Positions 47,130-59,780 of a DNA stretch of 64,000 nucleotides are shown here, piece after piece. A program made the translations under genes and the position numbers. This stretch comes from Lama glama (lineage: Eukaryota), in assembly GCA_028534125.1 (NCBI GenBank), contig CM052831.1, forward strand, positions 434,001 to 498,000, read 5' to 3'. The notes beneath the pieces were generated by a model. It saw nothing but the letters and a program-made list of their open reading frames with translations. It was not told the origin of the DNA and did no database searches. Numbering within the stretch: the first letter of the stretch is position 1; every line of letters begins with the position of its first letter.

Positions 47130-50100
47130 CGCGTTTGCGTTTTTGACCACCTGTGGAACCAAAATAGTTTATATCCTGGGTCATAAAAGAAACCTTAAAC
47201 TTAAAAGAATTGAAACCAACATGTGAAAATGCGTGGGTTACAGCGTAAGCAGGGTTGAAAGGGAAACTTACAGCAGTAAAAGCTTCATTAGAAAAGAGGA
47301 GAAGTTTCAGATTAAAGATTCTACCTCAAGAAATTAGAAAAACAAGAGCAAAATAAACCACAGCAAGCAGGAGAAAGGGAACAGGGGAGGTGGGAACAGA
47401 AAATACAGTCCTAACAGGAAACAGCTGAGAGAACTGATGACACAGAACGCTGGTTCTTGGAAAGAATGAATAAAATCGATAAACCTCTGTCTGGCAAGAC
47501 TGACAGAGACCGAGGGACACACGTCGCGTGAGCAGCAGTGAGACAGGTGGTCACGCACGTCCCTCGGCCGCCCCTCCGTGGAGGTGACCCCACCAGCAGC
47601 TTTAGGCTCGTAAATTCAACAATGCAGAAGGAATGGGCCGACTCTTCGAAAACCACAGACTACAAAAGCTCAGCTGAGGTGACGCTGGTACGCAGAGTAG
47701 TCCTGTGGCCGCGAAAGACAGGACGCCGCGACTGTAAACCTCCGGGAGAGGGAGTCTCCGGGCCGCAGCGGCTGCTCTGGAGGTCGCTGCCAGACACTTA
47801 AAGAAGAACGGAAACCAGTTCTACACAATCTCTTCTAGAAAAAGGAAGCCCCGGGGAGACTTCCCAGCTCACTTTATGCAGCCAGTATTACCTTGTCAGA
47901 CAAGCAGTGTGACCAAACCAGATGCAGGCGAAACTGCAGACGAGGTTTCTCATGAATTTGGACACAAAATCCTCCACTAAGTGTTTGCAAACCAAAATCA
48001 GCAATGGATGAAAAGAATTTTTCTTTAAAAAGAATAGAGTTATATACCATGTGTATATAAAGTGGGCTTTTTTTCTGGATGTGCAAGGCTGGGTCAGTGT
48101 TTGAAAATCAATTAAATCCATCATGTCAAGTGAAGGGGGAAAAATCATATGGTCATATTAACCGACAGAGAAGTATTTGACAAAAGTCAACAGCCACTCA
48201 TGAGACAAAAACAAAAACAAAAAACAAAAAAAAACCTTTCAGAAAATCAGGACCAGAGGGCGGGAGCTACCTTAACTTGTTAAGGACCATGCACTGGAAC
48301 CCCGCAGCTGTCACCAGGGTAAGGATGGGATTCTGAGCGCCCTCCCCCTAAGATGGGGACCAGGCATCACCGCTGTCCCTCAGGGCACCAGCGAGACACT
48401 GGCCTCTGCAGTAGGACAAGAAAGAGAAATGCAGGGCTTGTGGATTGGAAAGGAAGAAGTGGAACTGTCCCCGTTTTCATGTGACACCGTCACCTGCTTG
48501 GAAAGTCCTGAGGAATCAAAACCGAAACCAACCGTGGCACGAGTAAAGGCACTCGGCACGCTCGCGAGACCCTAGCCCAACACACGAGAGTCAGTCGTGT
48601 CGCAGGCTGCTGTGTTCTGACAACATCTGGACGCTGAAATTGAAACCATCCAGAGCAAGTGCCATAAAAGGAGACAACGACGCAATGGGCCTCATCGAAA
48701 TCACAAGCTTTCGTTCTGTGCGAGGCCCTGGGCGGAAGATGGCAAGAGAAGCTACGGACGGGGGGACGTGTTTGCAAACCACACACCAGACAAAGGCCCG
48801 GGATTGGAACAGAAAGTGCGCTCAGCTTGCCGGCAGGAAAATACATAAATAAAGACCGACAGTCCGATTAGGACGATTAGCCGAGGGGACACAGATGGCA
48901 GGTGGGCACATGAAAAGACACCCAGCCTCTCAGCCAGTGGCTGCACAGCTCAGCCCGCTGTGTGCCACCCGCACCTAGATGTCGGGAGCGTTCCAGACAT
49001 GACGAGGGGTGTGGATGTACTCAGGACAGAGGAGCCGGCCAGAAGGAGGGCCCCGAGCCAGGTTCGGGTGCCTTGTCTGAGCAGCACAACGCGTAATGAC
49101 AGAAATGGGTTATAATGCACTGCATTTTAAGGAAAGAATTTGAGTCCATTCTGATACGAAAATATATGGAAGCAAAGGAGGAGAAGGAAAGGGAACCTTT
49201 CTTCACAGAATGACGACCGCTAACCACAGAGACGGTTATCAACAGCCTCTCCTTTGCTACTATCATAATAATAATCAATTCATTGAAAACCATGAACTGA
49301 TGTAAGGCCGACGGGAGCTGGACTGTCCCGCGGTCTTACAGCGTCGGTCCTCGGAGTGTGTTGTGGGGGAAGGGCGGGCAGTCAGCCGCTCCATGCAGCA
49401 GGTCACCTCAGAACGGCCGTCATTAGGGTCGTAGGGCCCGTGAGCCAGGCGCGCAGACAGGGCGCAGGATGGGCCCCCTCTGCTTCCTAAGGTCCAGACG
49501 ACTTCCCGTCTGGTGGCTGGAACCATCTAAAACTGTCTTCCACCCCGGCCTCTGGCAGTCAGTTGGGACTTCCCAGGACTGTTGGCAGGACGTTCACACG
49601 TGTCCCCTCGGTGTGGGCTCTCCAGGGTCCCAAGAGAGCCAGCGTTTGTAATCTTGACTCCAAGGCCCTGTTGTGTCACGTTGGCACAGTCACAAAGCTG
49701 CCCCCGTGGACGCAGGAGGGGTGTTGCATGACCTCGTGTGCCAACCAAGCATGTGCATGGGAGACATGCCGGCCGGCCTGCCGATGGGGCAGCCTGTGGC
49801 CACCACCTCAATCCCTCACCTCAGTAACGGCACCCACCAAGGATGTGCTGTCACCTGCAGCTGAGCCGAGCGTGCAGAAACAATTGTCCAAATCCACGCA
49901 GAGGGACCTTCTCAGGAACAGCCGTCCTGGACCCTAACCCAGCATCAGTGTCCCGAGAGGCCAGAGAGAGGGTGTGGACAGGGCAGCTGGAGGGTCAGGA
50001 GGAGGCAGGTCAGTGAGGACGTGCCCGATTGAGCCCCAGATTTAAGGGCTGGTGGTTCTTGGGATAATCAGAAAAAGTCAAATATAGGGCACATTTTAGA

Positions 50101-50330
50101 AAATGATTTTCCTGCTGCCATGAAGTGTCCCGACCGTGGTGGTCATCGCGTGTTTACGTAGAGAGTCGGCGTCACCTGGCTCGTAGGAGATGCTGCCGGA
50201 GGGTTTGGGGGTGAAGGGTCCTGACCGCCAGCTCTCAGCGGAGATGGGCGGAACCCCGTGGATGATGGATCTGGGTGAAGTGGGTCTGTCTCTGAGTTGC
50301 ACACACAGGTTTGAAAATGTTCAGGATGAG
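47130..50330 (+). mobile_element. Ancient L1 ORF2 and 3' UTR, sense, internally deleted and patchily GC-shifted
   Basis: tatatcctgggtcataaaagaaacct (endonuclease region), tggttcttggaaagaatgaataaaatcgataaacctct, gatgtgcaaggctgggtcagtgtttgaaaatcaatt (RT) and L1MC-like 3' UTR motifs to ~50330. Confidence 0.85.
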
Positions 50331-53300
50331 AACCTAGGGCTGGAGGAAGCCTGCACACGTGTCCCCTGAGCAGCGGACGTAAGAGTTCTGGGAGGATGGA
50401 AGGAGGCAGGCTGTGAGGAGGACGAAGCAGGGGAGGCAGCCAGGTGCCGCTCTTGGCGGGAGGCGTAGAAGTTCCTTCAGTGCGGAGCTTCACCCTCCCA
50501 GCAGAGCCTGGCTGGAGGGGCGGGTGGAGAACGCGGTGAGGAGGGCTTGGCCGCTCCCCCGTGGACTCACCAGTCCCCTCCGCCTCCTCCACCGAGGCTG
50601 CCTCAGTTCCCGCGACTCCCTGAGAAGTGACCCCCCAGTGATTGCTGGGCACAACTGCGTTTCTGTCTCTCTGCTGGCACAAAGGGCTCCAGCAGCCAGG
50701 GGCTCTGCTCCCCGGGACAGGGCAGCGTGGCCCAGGCCTCCCCTCCACGCAGGGTCCCAGGGTGGGACCCCCTGCAGCCCATGCTGACAGCAGTGAGGCC
50801 CATCACTGGAGACGTGTCCCATGACAAGTGACACTATAGAAGGCCCTGTATCTCCACCCCTCTGCACTCACCTGTGTCCTTACGGCCTGGGCTCACACCG
50901 CTGCCAGCTGCCCTCTGTACGTTTCCTTGCCCTTCCGCAGCCTGCAGAGCCGTCCAGTCTGGGACGAACGTGCCCCATGTCCTGTTTCGTTTTCTGGAGC
51001 TCAGGTGGAGGCCGAACCTGTTCCCGAGTGTCCCGGTCACTTGTACGTGAGGCTGGCTGTAAGGGCACTGGCTGGGAGGCGGGGACCCTGAAGCAGGAGC
51101 AGCCCACCCGGGCAGGCAGGGGTGTGGACGGTGTGGCATCTCCCGAGGGTGGCCCTGGGGAAGTGGTGGCTGTCAGGCTGGGCCGAAGGGCCCTGGGCAT
51201 GACCCAGGGGTGCGACGTCAGTCCTGAGTGACGTGGGGGCTGCCGAGGAGTCCGAACTCCTTGTCTGCTGTCTTCCCGCCTCTCACGCCCCTCGTGCCAG
51301 TGCACCATGAGGGGAGGGAGGGCTCCCCACCACGGGGGCCTGCAGGGGGCCCAGGGTGGCTGATGAGGGGAAGGGAGCTGCTCCGGGAGTCCCCCCGGGT
51401 CCCCTACCCCTGCCAGCTCACCGGGGGGGCCCGTGTCAGCCCCCTGAACCCAGATCTTGTGCAGGGAGCTGCTGGTCCCCCCACTGGGGTGGTGGTCGGG
51501 TGGGCTCAGCTCCCTGGGAGAGCAAGGGCCTGGGGCCGCTGGTCCGGGGTCCTCCCTCTGCGTGGGGTCCCGGCCCCTGAAGGCTGACCCTGCCCCGTCC
51601 TGCCCCGTCCCGCCCCGTCGTCTCAGAGCCGGCAGGTTAATTTCCTGCCAGGCCAGCAGTAGTGGTCTCAGCAGCTGCGGCCCCTCAGAACCATCTCCCT
51701 GCAGTCGTGAGGCATGTCACCCAGTCCCCCGCAGGAGCCCAAGTCCTGTCTAGCAGGTGGCCTCGGCCTTCCCTGCCGCTGGCCCTGTGACCCTCGAGAG
51801 CGGCTGCTGCGTGCTGCTCGGGGCCGGACCACCTTGTTCAGTTTTTCTATGTGTCTTACGGCCACTCCCGGTCTTCTGAGCCGCTCTGACGACCTTTGGG
51901 ACCCGCGTGCTGGCCCTGCCCCGCGGTCCCCTTCCCACCCGCCTGTGGTCACAGCCCTGCACCTCCTGCTGCAGCCCGGCTGCGTTATGAGATGGCCTTG
52001 TCCGCCGTCTCTGCCTGTGCTGCACTGTGCTTGCAGATATGGAGACAGAACCCGGAATGTGGGGCCTCGTGGAGCCTGCGGGGCCCTCTCGGTGCCGCGG
52101 CGTTTCCTATAGGCGTTGGCGCGGCCCAGGGAGCAGACACACGGACAGTTGTAGGTGTGCCCTCTTGCTCTGCTCGTCCAGGTGTTCCTTGTGGGAGGAG
52201 CAGAGCTCTTGTCTGAGTCTGTCCCTGCTCTAGGGCGGAGGAGCGCTGGGTGCATCCGGCCCGGCCTCGGCTCCCGGTCTGCGGACAGATGGTGTGCGCT
52301 GTGTCACAGCACTTCCGGGCGGGTATGCCCAGGTGCTCCTCAGAGGCAAAGTCCCTCTCCTGGCGGTGATGCCACATCCTGCAGAAAGGAATCCTTTTTC
52401 CAGGGTCCTTTACAGCTGCTAGTAAACACATAGTGAGAACCCTTACGTTCGAAATGTTAAGCTGAGTTAATTAGTAATTTTTGTAGTAAAGAGGGGAGTT
52501 ACTTTCCACTTAAGTAATGATGTATACTTGGTATGTGTTGAGCTATGTTATCCCCACAAAGCCTGCTGTTTACCAGTTTTCTCAAACTGCTCTAAAATTA
52601 GAAGTTGGAATCATCGGAGGTGGGAAGCCATGAAGAAAATTCATCTGTGTTTTGGAGAAACAAAAGGTCTGACGTTTCCGCTGAGAACTGATGATGGATT
52701 GAGCGTGTCTGCAGTGATCTGGGGCAGCAGAGGGGGTCCCTGAGCGAGGGTACCAGAGTTCCCACATGTGCACTTTTCCTTTTTTCCAACCCTCTTTCCT
52801 CTTTTGATTTTCTTCTCTAAGAAAAGTCTCAAACCAGGAAATACCAGAGAGCTAGGAAACTTACTACGAAGAACCAAATTTTAGTGTCCCACTGCAGCTT
52901 CACCCTTTGGGATAAAAAAATTAGATGTTTCAGCGGTTGGAGTTCTTTTTGGAGCAGCAACTTGGCCCTCGGAGCCCACATGGTGTCCTTGGTTCCTGTG
53001 TCTGCTTCCCGACTTCCCCGTGGTCTGGGCTGGGTGAGTGGAGTCACCTGCCACTCAGGTCGGTCACGGTGAGCCTGGCATTCCCCCACCCCTAGACTGT
53101 CCAGGTGGAGAGGCCTGAGGTCAGACTGCCCAGAGTGGCACGGCCAGCTGGCCCTCCCTCCCAGGCAGCAGTCCTGGGGGGGAGCACTGGGTTTCCGGGC
53201 CTGGACAGCACCTGCTCCCGCTCCTGGACCAGGGCCCGGCCCTCAGAACCCCCCTCCTCCCTGTGCACCCCCCACCCACTCCTCCTCCCGCAGCTGCGTC

Positions 53301-54136
53301 CATGTCTGGCAGAGAGAGTGGACGGCCCCGTTTCGCTAAGGTCCCTGGAGTCTGCCCCGCGGTCTGGACTCCTTGGGAAAACCTGGCACCTCAGTGGGAC
53401 TTAATTTTAAAACACATATTGCAAAGTCAGTTGAGCTCAGTTTGACAGATACTTTGCTTAAAAATTCTTGTAATTGTTTGCAGTAAAAGATAGGAAGGAT
53501 TTCAGAGTGATGCACGATGATTTGTGACATTTCAGGGAGGCGGCAAACACACACCGTTTACACCCAGCCGCAGCTCGGCTGTGGTCTGCAGCCTCTGGGG
53601 AGAGGGGGGGTTCTTCTCTGGGTGGGAGGGAACGTTCTGCAGGTGGGAACTTGCCACTTTCATGAGGGCCTCGGGGGCCCAGACCCGGGAGGGCGGGCGT
53701 CAGCAGGAGGTGGGAAGAGAGGGCTGTGGGGCTGTGAAGTCCTGGGACCCAGACCCTGGCGGAATCGAATTCTGGTAACTCTGGCAGGAGTAAGGTGAGG
53801 TCTCAGATGTGAGTGATCAGTTAAGGCTACTCCAGTGCATTGATTTCCTTAAAAGCTTGCTCTGTGGATGCTGTTTAAATATATTTATTAAAACACCCGA
53901 ATTTAAACACTGTGACCAAGGCCCATGTTTTTAAAATAGAAGCTCCTTTACTAACAGACTTTTATAGAAATAAGCAGTGGTGTGTCTGAGTTCAGTCTGT
54001 TGCCGTCTGTTGTCTAGTTGAAGCATATTAGGGACATCCCGCCTCGCACAGGTATGTGCCTCACAGAGGGAGGTTTTGTGGGCCCTCCAAGGGTCCTGGG
54101 GGCCCCAGTCTCAGAACACCCTTTGGGAGTCTGCCT

Positions 54137-54217
54137 GTGGATGACGGTGGGGAGGGCCGTGGGGATGACGGTGAGGATGACGGTGGGGATGACGGTGGGG
54201 AAGGCCGTGGGGATGAC
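54137..54217. repeat. 12-bp minisatellite GGATGACGGTGG, about 6.5 copies, with variant unit GGARGGCCGTGG
   Basis: Directly visible. Confidence 0.92.
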
Positions 54218-57199
54218 TTTTCAGACAGAGATGCTGTTTGTTCAGACAGGATGAGGCCTGTCCCTTTCCAGTTACTGAGCGTCGTCCTTTCTTGTCCCCC
54301 AGAGGGCCTGGGCTGTTACTGGCCACCATCCACTCTCTGTATGTTCCAGGCGAGCTGGATGACACAGGAGATACCCCATAACTTGCCCCCTGCCATGCTG
54401 CAGTCCTCGCATTCTGACTCCGTTTCCCCGTCTCTTCTGCTCTGACCCCGCTGCCTGCCTCCTCACGGCTTCTCAGGTCGCTTTTTCCTGGTGGCTGCGG
54501 GGGAGCCACAGCTCCGGGGGACAAAGGGGGCCGGTGCCGAGGGAGGAGGCCCTTGTGCCCCTGGGGCCCCAGCCGCAGGCATCCTCCAGACTCTTCCTGA
54601 GCCCCACTTGGAATCGGGAGCTGGGGTCACCTCCAGAGCACCTCATCCCCTTTTTCCAGGACAGCACCTCTGCCTTGGGATTCAGCCTCACTCCCGCAGA
54701 CCCCTCCAGCGCCACCCCGGCCCCTCATCTCCTCCACTCCGCAGGTTCCTTTGTTCCACACGAGTGAGGGCGAGGCCGCGGAGCAGCCTCCCCCAGCCAG
54801 CGCCTCCTCCAGCCTCTCCCTGGCCTCCCTCCGTTTCCTCCAGCCTCCCTCTGGCCTCTCTCTGGCCTCCCCCCGGCCTCTGTCCGGCCTCTCTCCAGCC
54901 AGCTGCAATGGACACGAGGCCCTTCCCCCGAGGACGCACCGTGATGACAGAGGCCACATGGATGCTGGAGCAGGAAGGTAGAGGGAGCCCATGGGGGCAT
55001 TGACACCACGGCTTCATCCCTGGGGCCCGAGCCCCGGTTGCTGTAGATTATCATAGTTGAATCGAATCCTAACTGGTCAGGAGGCCCTGAGACATGACGT
55101 GTGTCTCACACTGGAGCAAAGGCACAGTTGAGAACCCCCTTCTGCTGCACCCAGCATGTGTACCCTCACTCAGCAGACACTGGCTGCTCTTCTGTTCCAG
55201 GCCCTGAGCCGGTTCCTGTGGCTGAACCGTGCCCCATTCACTGCGTGCTGGGTTCTGAGGCACTGAGCTGCCCTTGCGTGTGGTGGGACTTGTGGAGGCC
55301 GTGGGCCATGGAGGGGGCAGGGCCCAGTGGAGAGAGACAGGAGCCCCTGGGTGCCACGGGGCGGGGCCAGAGATGCACCCTCCCCTGCAGCCAGCGCTGG
55401 GAGAGCTCGCCAGCGGCAGGGACCGGAGACGAGGGCTGAGGCCGGGAAGGCGTGTGGGTGCCTGCCTCCCCTGTGAATGCATTTCACAGAGGCAAGGCCG
55501 CTGGGCGGGCTTGGAGAGAAGGGAAGCCCTGGGGTCATGCGGGGCTGCAGGTTGCAGGGCCCGGGGGTGGTGGGCTACAAGGTGGCCGGAAGGGCGGGGC
55601 GCCCAGCACAGAGAAGCTTGAATGGACGATGGAGACACAGCCGCACTTTCCACGCACCTGCCAGGACGGTGCTTTCTACCTGGTCACCCTAGGGCCGGGC
55701 TGCGCACCTCCCACACGGAGCTGCCCTGGCAGAGGCCTGAGCCCAAGAGGCCCCCAGTGCAGGGACGTGACCACATGAGTCCACTGGGATCCCACGTCAC
55801 TGCAGCGCCGGCCACGGGAGAGCAGAGCTCAGTGCCTGAGGGGAGGCACGTGAGCCTGGCCACTGCAGGCTCAGGGTCTGCTCCACTGAGATGGGCAACC
55901 AGGGATGTGGGCTCCACGCTTGCAGGAGGCTGGCCGCCTCAGGCAGGTGCAGAGGGCATGAACCACAGGGAGGAAACTGGCCCGTTCTGCGAGGACAGTG
56001 GAGGCTCCTGGAAGGTGGTGGCCTCAGAGCCGCTGTGAAGAGCCACTGTGAAGAACTGTGCCTGCACCTTGGAGCAGCCCGGGGCTGTGGGGTCAGGGTA
56101 GGGAGCAGAAGCAGAGGCCAGCTGGCTCTGCCTCGACCCCCTCGGAGGACAGAGGACGAGATGCTGTGTCCCGGACTCAGAGGGTGGCTGCCTGAAGCAT
56201 CAGTGCTCCCCAGCCACGCCCACCAACGCTCCCAGAGTCGCGCAGCCCCTGCCCTCCACCTGCCTGAGCACTCATGAGCCCCTCGCGCCCCTGCGGCAGG
56301 TGTCCCTGCCCACGACCGCTGCACCCTTCCCCCTGCTCCCCACGCCTCCTTCGTGCAGCTCCGGCAGCACCGAGGGGCTTTGAGTGTCAGAGGCATCCTT
56401 TACAGGAAGGAGCCTGATGCCACGGCAGCCCGGCCTGCCGTCTCCCACCAGGTCCGCAGGAGGCACTGCAGGGGCGGCGGGCTGGACCCTGTTCGCGTGT
56501 GTGTGCTCGTGCGTGTGTGTGCGTACTTCTGGTCACGCGCTGCGGGGCCAGCACAGGGAACCGGGCGCTGTCAGCAGTTTGGAGAAGTTTGGAGAAGTCA
56601 TGAACAGCTGAGTGAGGGCGTCCCAGGCGTGCACGTGCTCCTCCTAGCCAGCAGGGCTGGAGTCCGCTGTGGCTCCGCCCACGTGTGTGGTGGTCCCACC
56701 CACAGGCCGTGGGGAGGAGGCAGAGTGGGGGGAGCAGGTTGGAGGGTCTCTGCCTCCACCAGCAGCCCCTGCATTTCCCCAGGGGGTCTTCTGGGAGGAC
56801 AGCCTGTGGGGACAGGAACAGCAGCTCTGTGGTCTGAGTTTGGGAGCGGGTGTTCTCCAGGAACCTTCCAGGTCGCCACGAGCAGGCTTTGTGATGATGT
56901 GCGAACTCCCGAGGCACGTCTCCTTTGGTGCCCTGGTCTTCCAGGCGTGTTTCTGAGCAGGGCCTCTCCACCCTGGAGCCCCCAGAGTAAAGGAGTGTGT
57001 CACTTTGGATGGGATTCCCGCAGGGGCGGGGGGCACGGAGACGGAAGTGCAGAAGCTGCAGGTCTCGGCAGGCGGGGAAGCTCTTGGGGAAGGAGCAGCG
57101 GAGGAGGGGCTTTTTAGGAGGTGTCCTTGGGGCTGTGGCTTTGGCCACGTGGGATGGCGGATCGGGTGACTCCCTTTAGCAGCTCCTTTCTGCCAGGCA

Positions 57200-57590
57200 G
57201 GTCTGGGTCAGCGATCTGGGAGAGTGTGGAGCAGAAAGACAGGCTGGGCAGAGGAGGCCAGTGAGGCCGGAGCCTGGGGGAGAGGCTTGTGAGGAGGGTG
57301 GGGGCCCTGGGATGCTGGAAGCAGCCGTGACTGCTCTTGGGGAGATGGCGTGGGTTCCTGGGGTAGTAAACCAGTCAGGCAGGTCTGAGTGTGGAGGACC
57401 AGTTAGGAGGTGCTGCTCAGTCCCCAGTGAGTGGCAGGGACCGAGGGTGAGGGAGGGGGAGCTGAGAGGTGGGTGGACTCGGTGTGAGTCTGAGGTTAAG
57501 CGACCAGGCTCGCTGGTGGGTCTGCGGGTTGTTATGGACAGACGAGTGATCGCGGGCTGAGGCTTTCATCCTGGAAGCAGGGATGCGGTG
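57200..57590 (-). mobile_element. L2 fragment
   Basis: ggaggaccagttaggaggtgctgctcagtcc resembles L2 GGAGACCAGTTAGGAGGCTATTGCAGTAGTCC. Confidence 0.5.
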
Positions 57591-59682
57591 TGGATCTCAG
57601 AGCCAGCCCTGCTCCGGAGCTCCCACCTCAGCACGGTGCCTGGGCCTTGTCCTGGGCCCAAGGGGTGGGGCTGCTGGGCTATGGGGGCACCTGTGCTTGT
57701 CGGCGCACCAGCTGCCTCTCAGGGACGTGCTGGCTGAGATGCCTCCTGCGGCCTGACTGCCACCTGCCTGTCCTCTGGGCCCGCGGCTCCGCTCTGCCCG
57801 GCACAGCCCAGCTGTCTCCTTGGAGCAGCCTGTTCTGCACAGGACTGGCGGGCTCTGCCATGGTAAGCGGGTGGCTCTTCAGCTGAGAGGCAGTGTCCCG
57901 GAGAGGCTGTGAGACCCGGTACAGAATCTGGACACTCCACCGCAGTGCTGGGATCTCCCCGTGGGGAAGGGTGCATTCGGACCTTAGCAGCTTCCTTGGT
58001 GCTGCCGCTCTGCCCGGTGTGTTGGGCATCCCTGGAAACCCCACTGGACAGTCCTGGCCGTGCCCTCGGGAGGCCGTGGGTCTGTCCCTGCCCTGATCCA
58101 CACCCCTCGCCTGCTCTGCACGGCCGCCTTCCTCGTAATCCAGCCTCTTCCTCATTTTCACACGAGATGCAACTCCTGGAACCTCGGGATCTGGTCACCT
58201 CCTTGGGAGCCGTCAAGGTTGCTCCTCTTCAAACAGACTCCCTTCCTCCCAGGGAGGCAGAGCCCTTCTGGCCCAACGCTCACACCTTCCACTCTGTCCC
58301 AGGTGCGAGTGCTGCTGCCTGGAGGAGATCTTCCTTTTCTCAGAAAGCTCTCATTGCCCGAAAGTCTCCTTGGCTGACTTGTGTGTGATTGGGCGATGCA
58401 GCTTTGGGAGGCGGGTGTGTGACGGATGCTCTGGCTAAAGGAGGTGTGCACCTCTGCTCTCCAGGTTCAGGTGACGTGTTGCCTGTCTGACCTGTGGGGA
58501 CCACGCGGGCCTCCCCAGGTGACAGGCAGATGGGTCTGCCCACGTGTGGTTACCGTGCCGGGCAGCTGGGCTGCAGATCAGGGGCTGAGTCTGGAGGGAG
58601 GGGTGTCCCGGCCAGCGGGGAGCAGGGCGCAGGGGCAGGGGGCGCCCAGAGGGATCCCTGGGCCTTCAGGAGGCTCGGGGAAGGGTCTCCATAGACTGTG
58701 ACCAGGGAGGGGCCTTCGTTTGTCCTCCTGTGAGACTCGGCAGGTGGAGAGCCACACAGCCAGGCAGGAGACGCTGAGGCTGCCGTGAGCTGGGAGCAGA
58801 GCCCCAGCAGCGGTGCCAAGCTGCATGGGATGGGTGTTCTGTGCGCGTTCACGTATCTGAATTAGCGCCACGCGCACATGTGAGCCTTGTAAGACCACGC
58901 AGAGCGGGGTGCCTGTCTTCCGCCAGCCCTCATCCCACTCGCCAGGAGGAGCCACTGGGCACGCTTTCCTGCTAACTTCCCGAGCCTCACCCGGGCAGAG
59001 TCTCGCAGCGTTGCCCTACCGCGGACTGCTTGCGCCCTAGTGACACGTCTCAGGCTCTCCCTTTGCCGGCAAGCCCAGCCATCCTCGTGCTTGTTAACAG
59101 ATGCAGAGCTAAAATCATAGACTCTTCAAGCCGGAAGGAGCCCTCACCTCAGCCGGGTCTCATTGGCTCGTTGTGCAGGAACCTGGAGAGGTGCAGTGAT
59201 GTGCGGCGGGGCAGTGAGTCCGTGCAGGGGAGGGCTCCCCAGGGGCTGGTGTCGGGTGACCGGTAGTGATGACCGCTCCAGCAGCAGCCCCTGCATCCAT
59301 CCCTCTGGGCTGTCGGCAGCAGGGGAGGGCAGGAGAGAGGACAGGCGGGCCTCTGCACACGCCAAGGCCAGTGCACGAGACGCTGAGTGGAGATGCCACC
59401 TGGGCAGGGAGACGTGTGTCCAGGCTCCGGGAGAGGCTCCGTCTGTGTCAGCGTAACAGGCCTGCCGTCGTCTGGGCAGCAATCGTCCGGCACCCCGGAT
59501 CCTCTGTGTCTTGAGGGACTCAGGCATCAAAGCAGAGCTGGGTGCAGGAGGCTGGCCCCTCCTACTCCTTTGCCGTGTTTGCTGGCCTCACCCCACTGGC
59601 ACCACAACCAGCTTTCTGGTTCCCAAGGGAGACCTGGGAGAGCCGTTACAATCTGTGGGGCCAGCTTGTCCCCCCAGTGCTC

Positions 59683-59780
59683 GTGCCCCGGGCGTGTGTG
59701 CCCCCAGGTGTGTGTCCCCGGGGTGTGTGTGCCCCCCGCAGTGTGTGTGCCCCCCCCCCAGGTGCGTGTGCCAGGGTGTG
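59683..59780. repeat. Degenerate GTGTGTG-CCCCC tandem repeat (~15-20 bp unit, about 5 copies)
   Basis: Directly visible. Confidence 0.85.

Noticed and set aside
52516-52743. Possible intronic C/D-box snoRNA (ATGATG...CTGA; CTGATGA...CTGA)
   Set aside because: C boxes deviate from RTGATGA, there is no terminal stem and the spacing is atypical. An Rfam/snoscan search would settle it.
54056-54445. Acidic Gly/Asp-rich ORF (DDGGEGRGDDGEDDGG...)
   Set aside because: Artefact of the 12-bp minisatellite.
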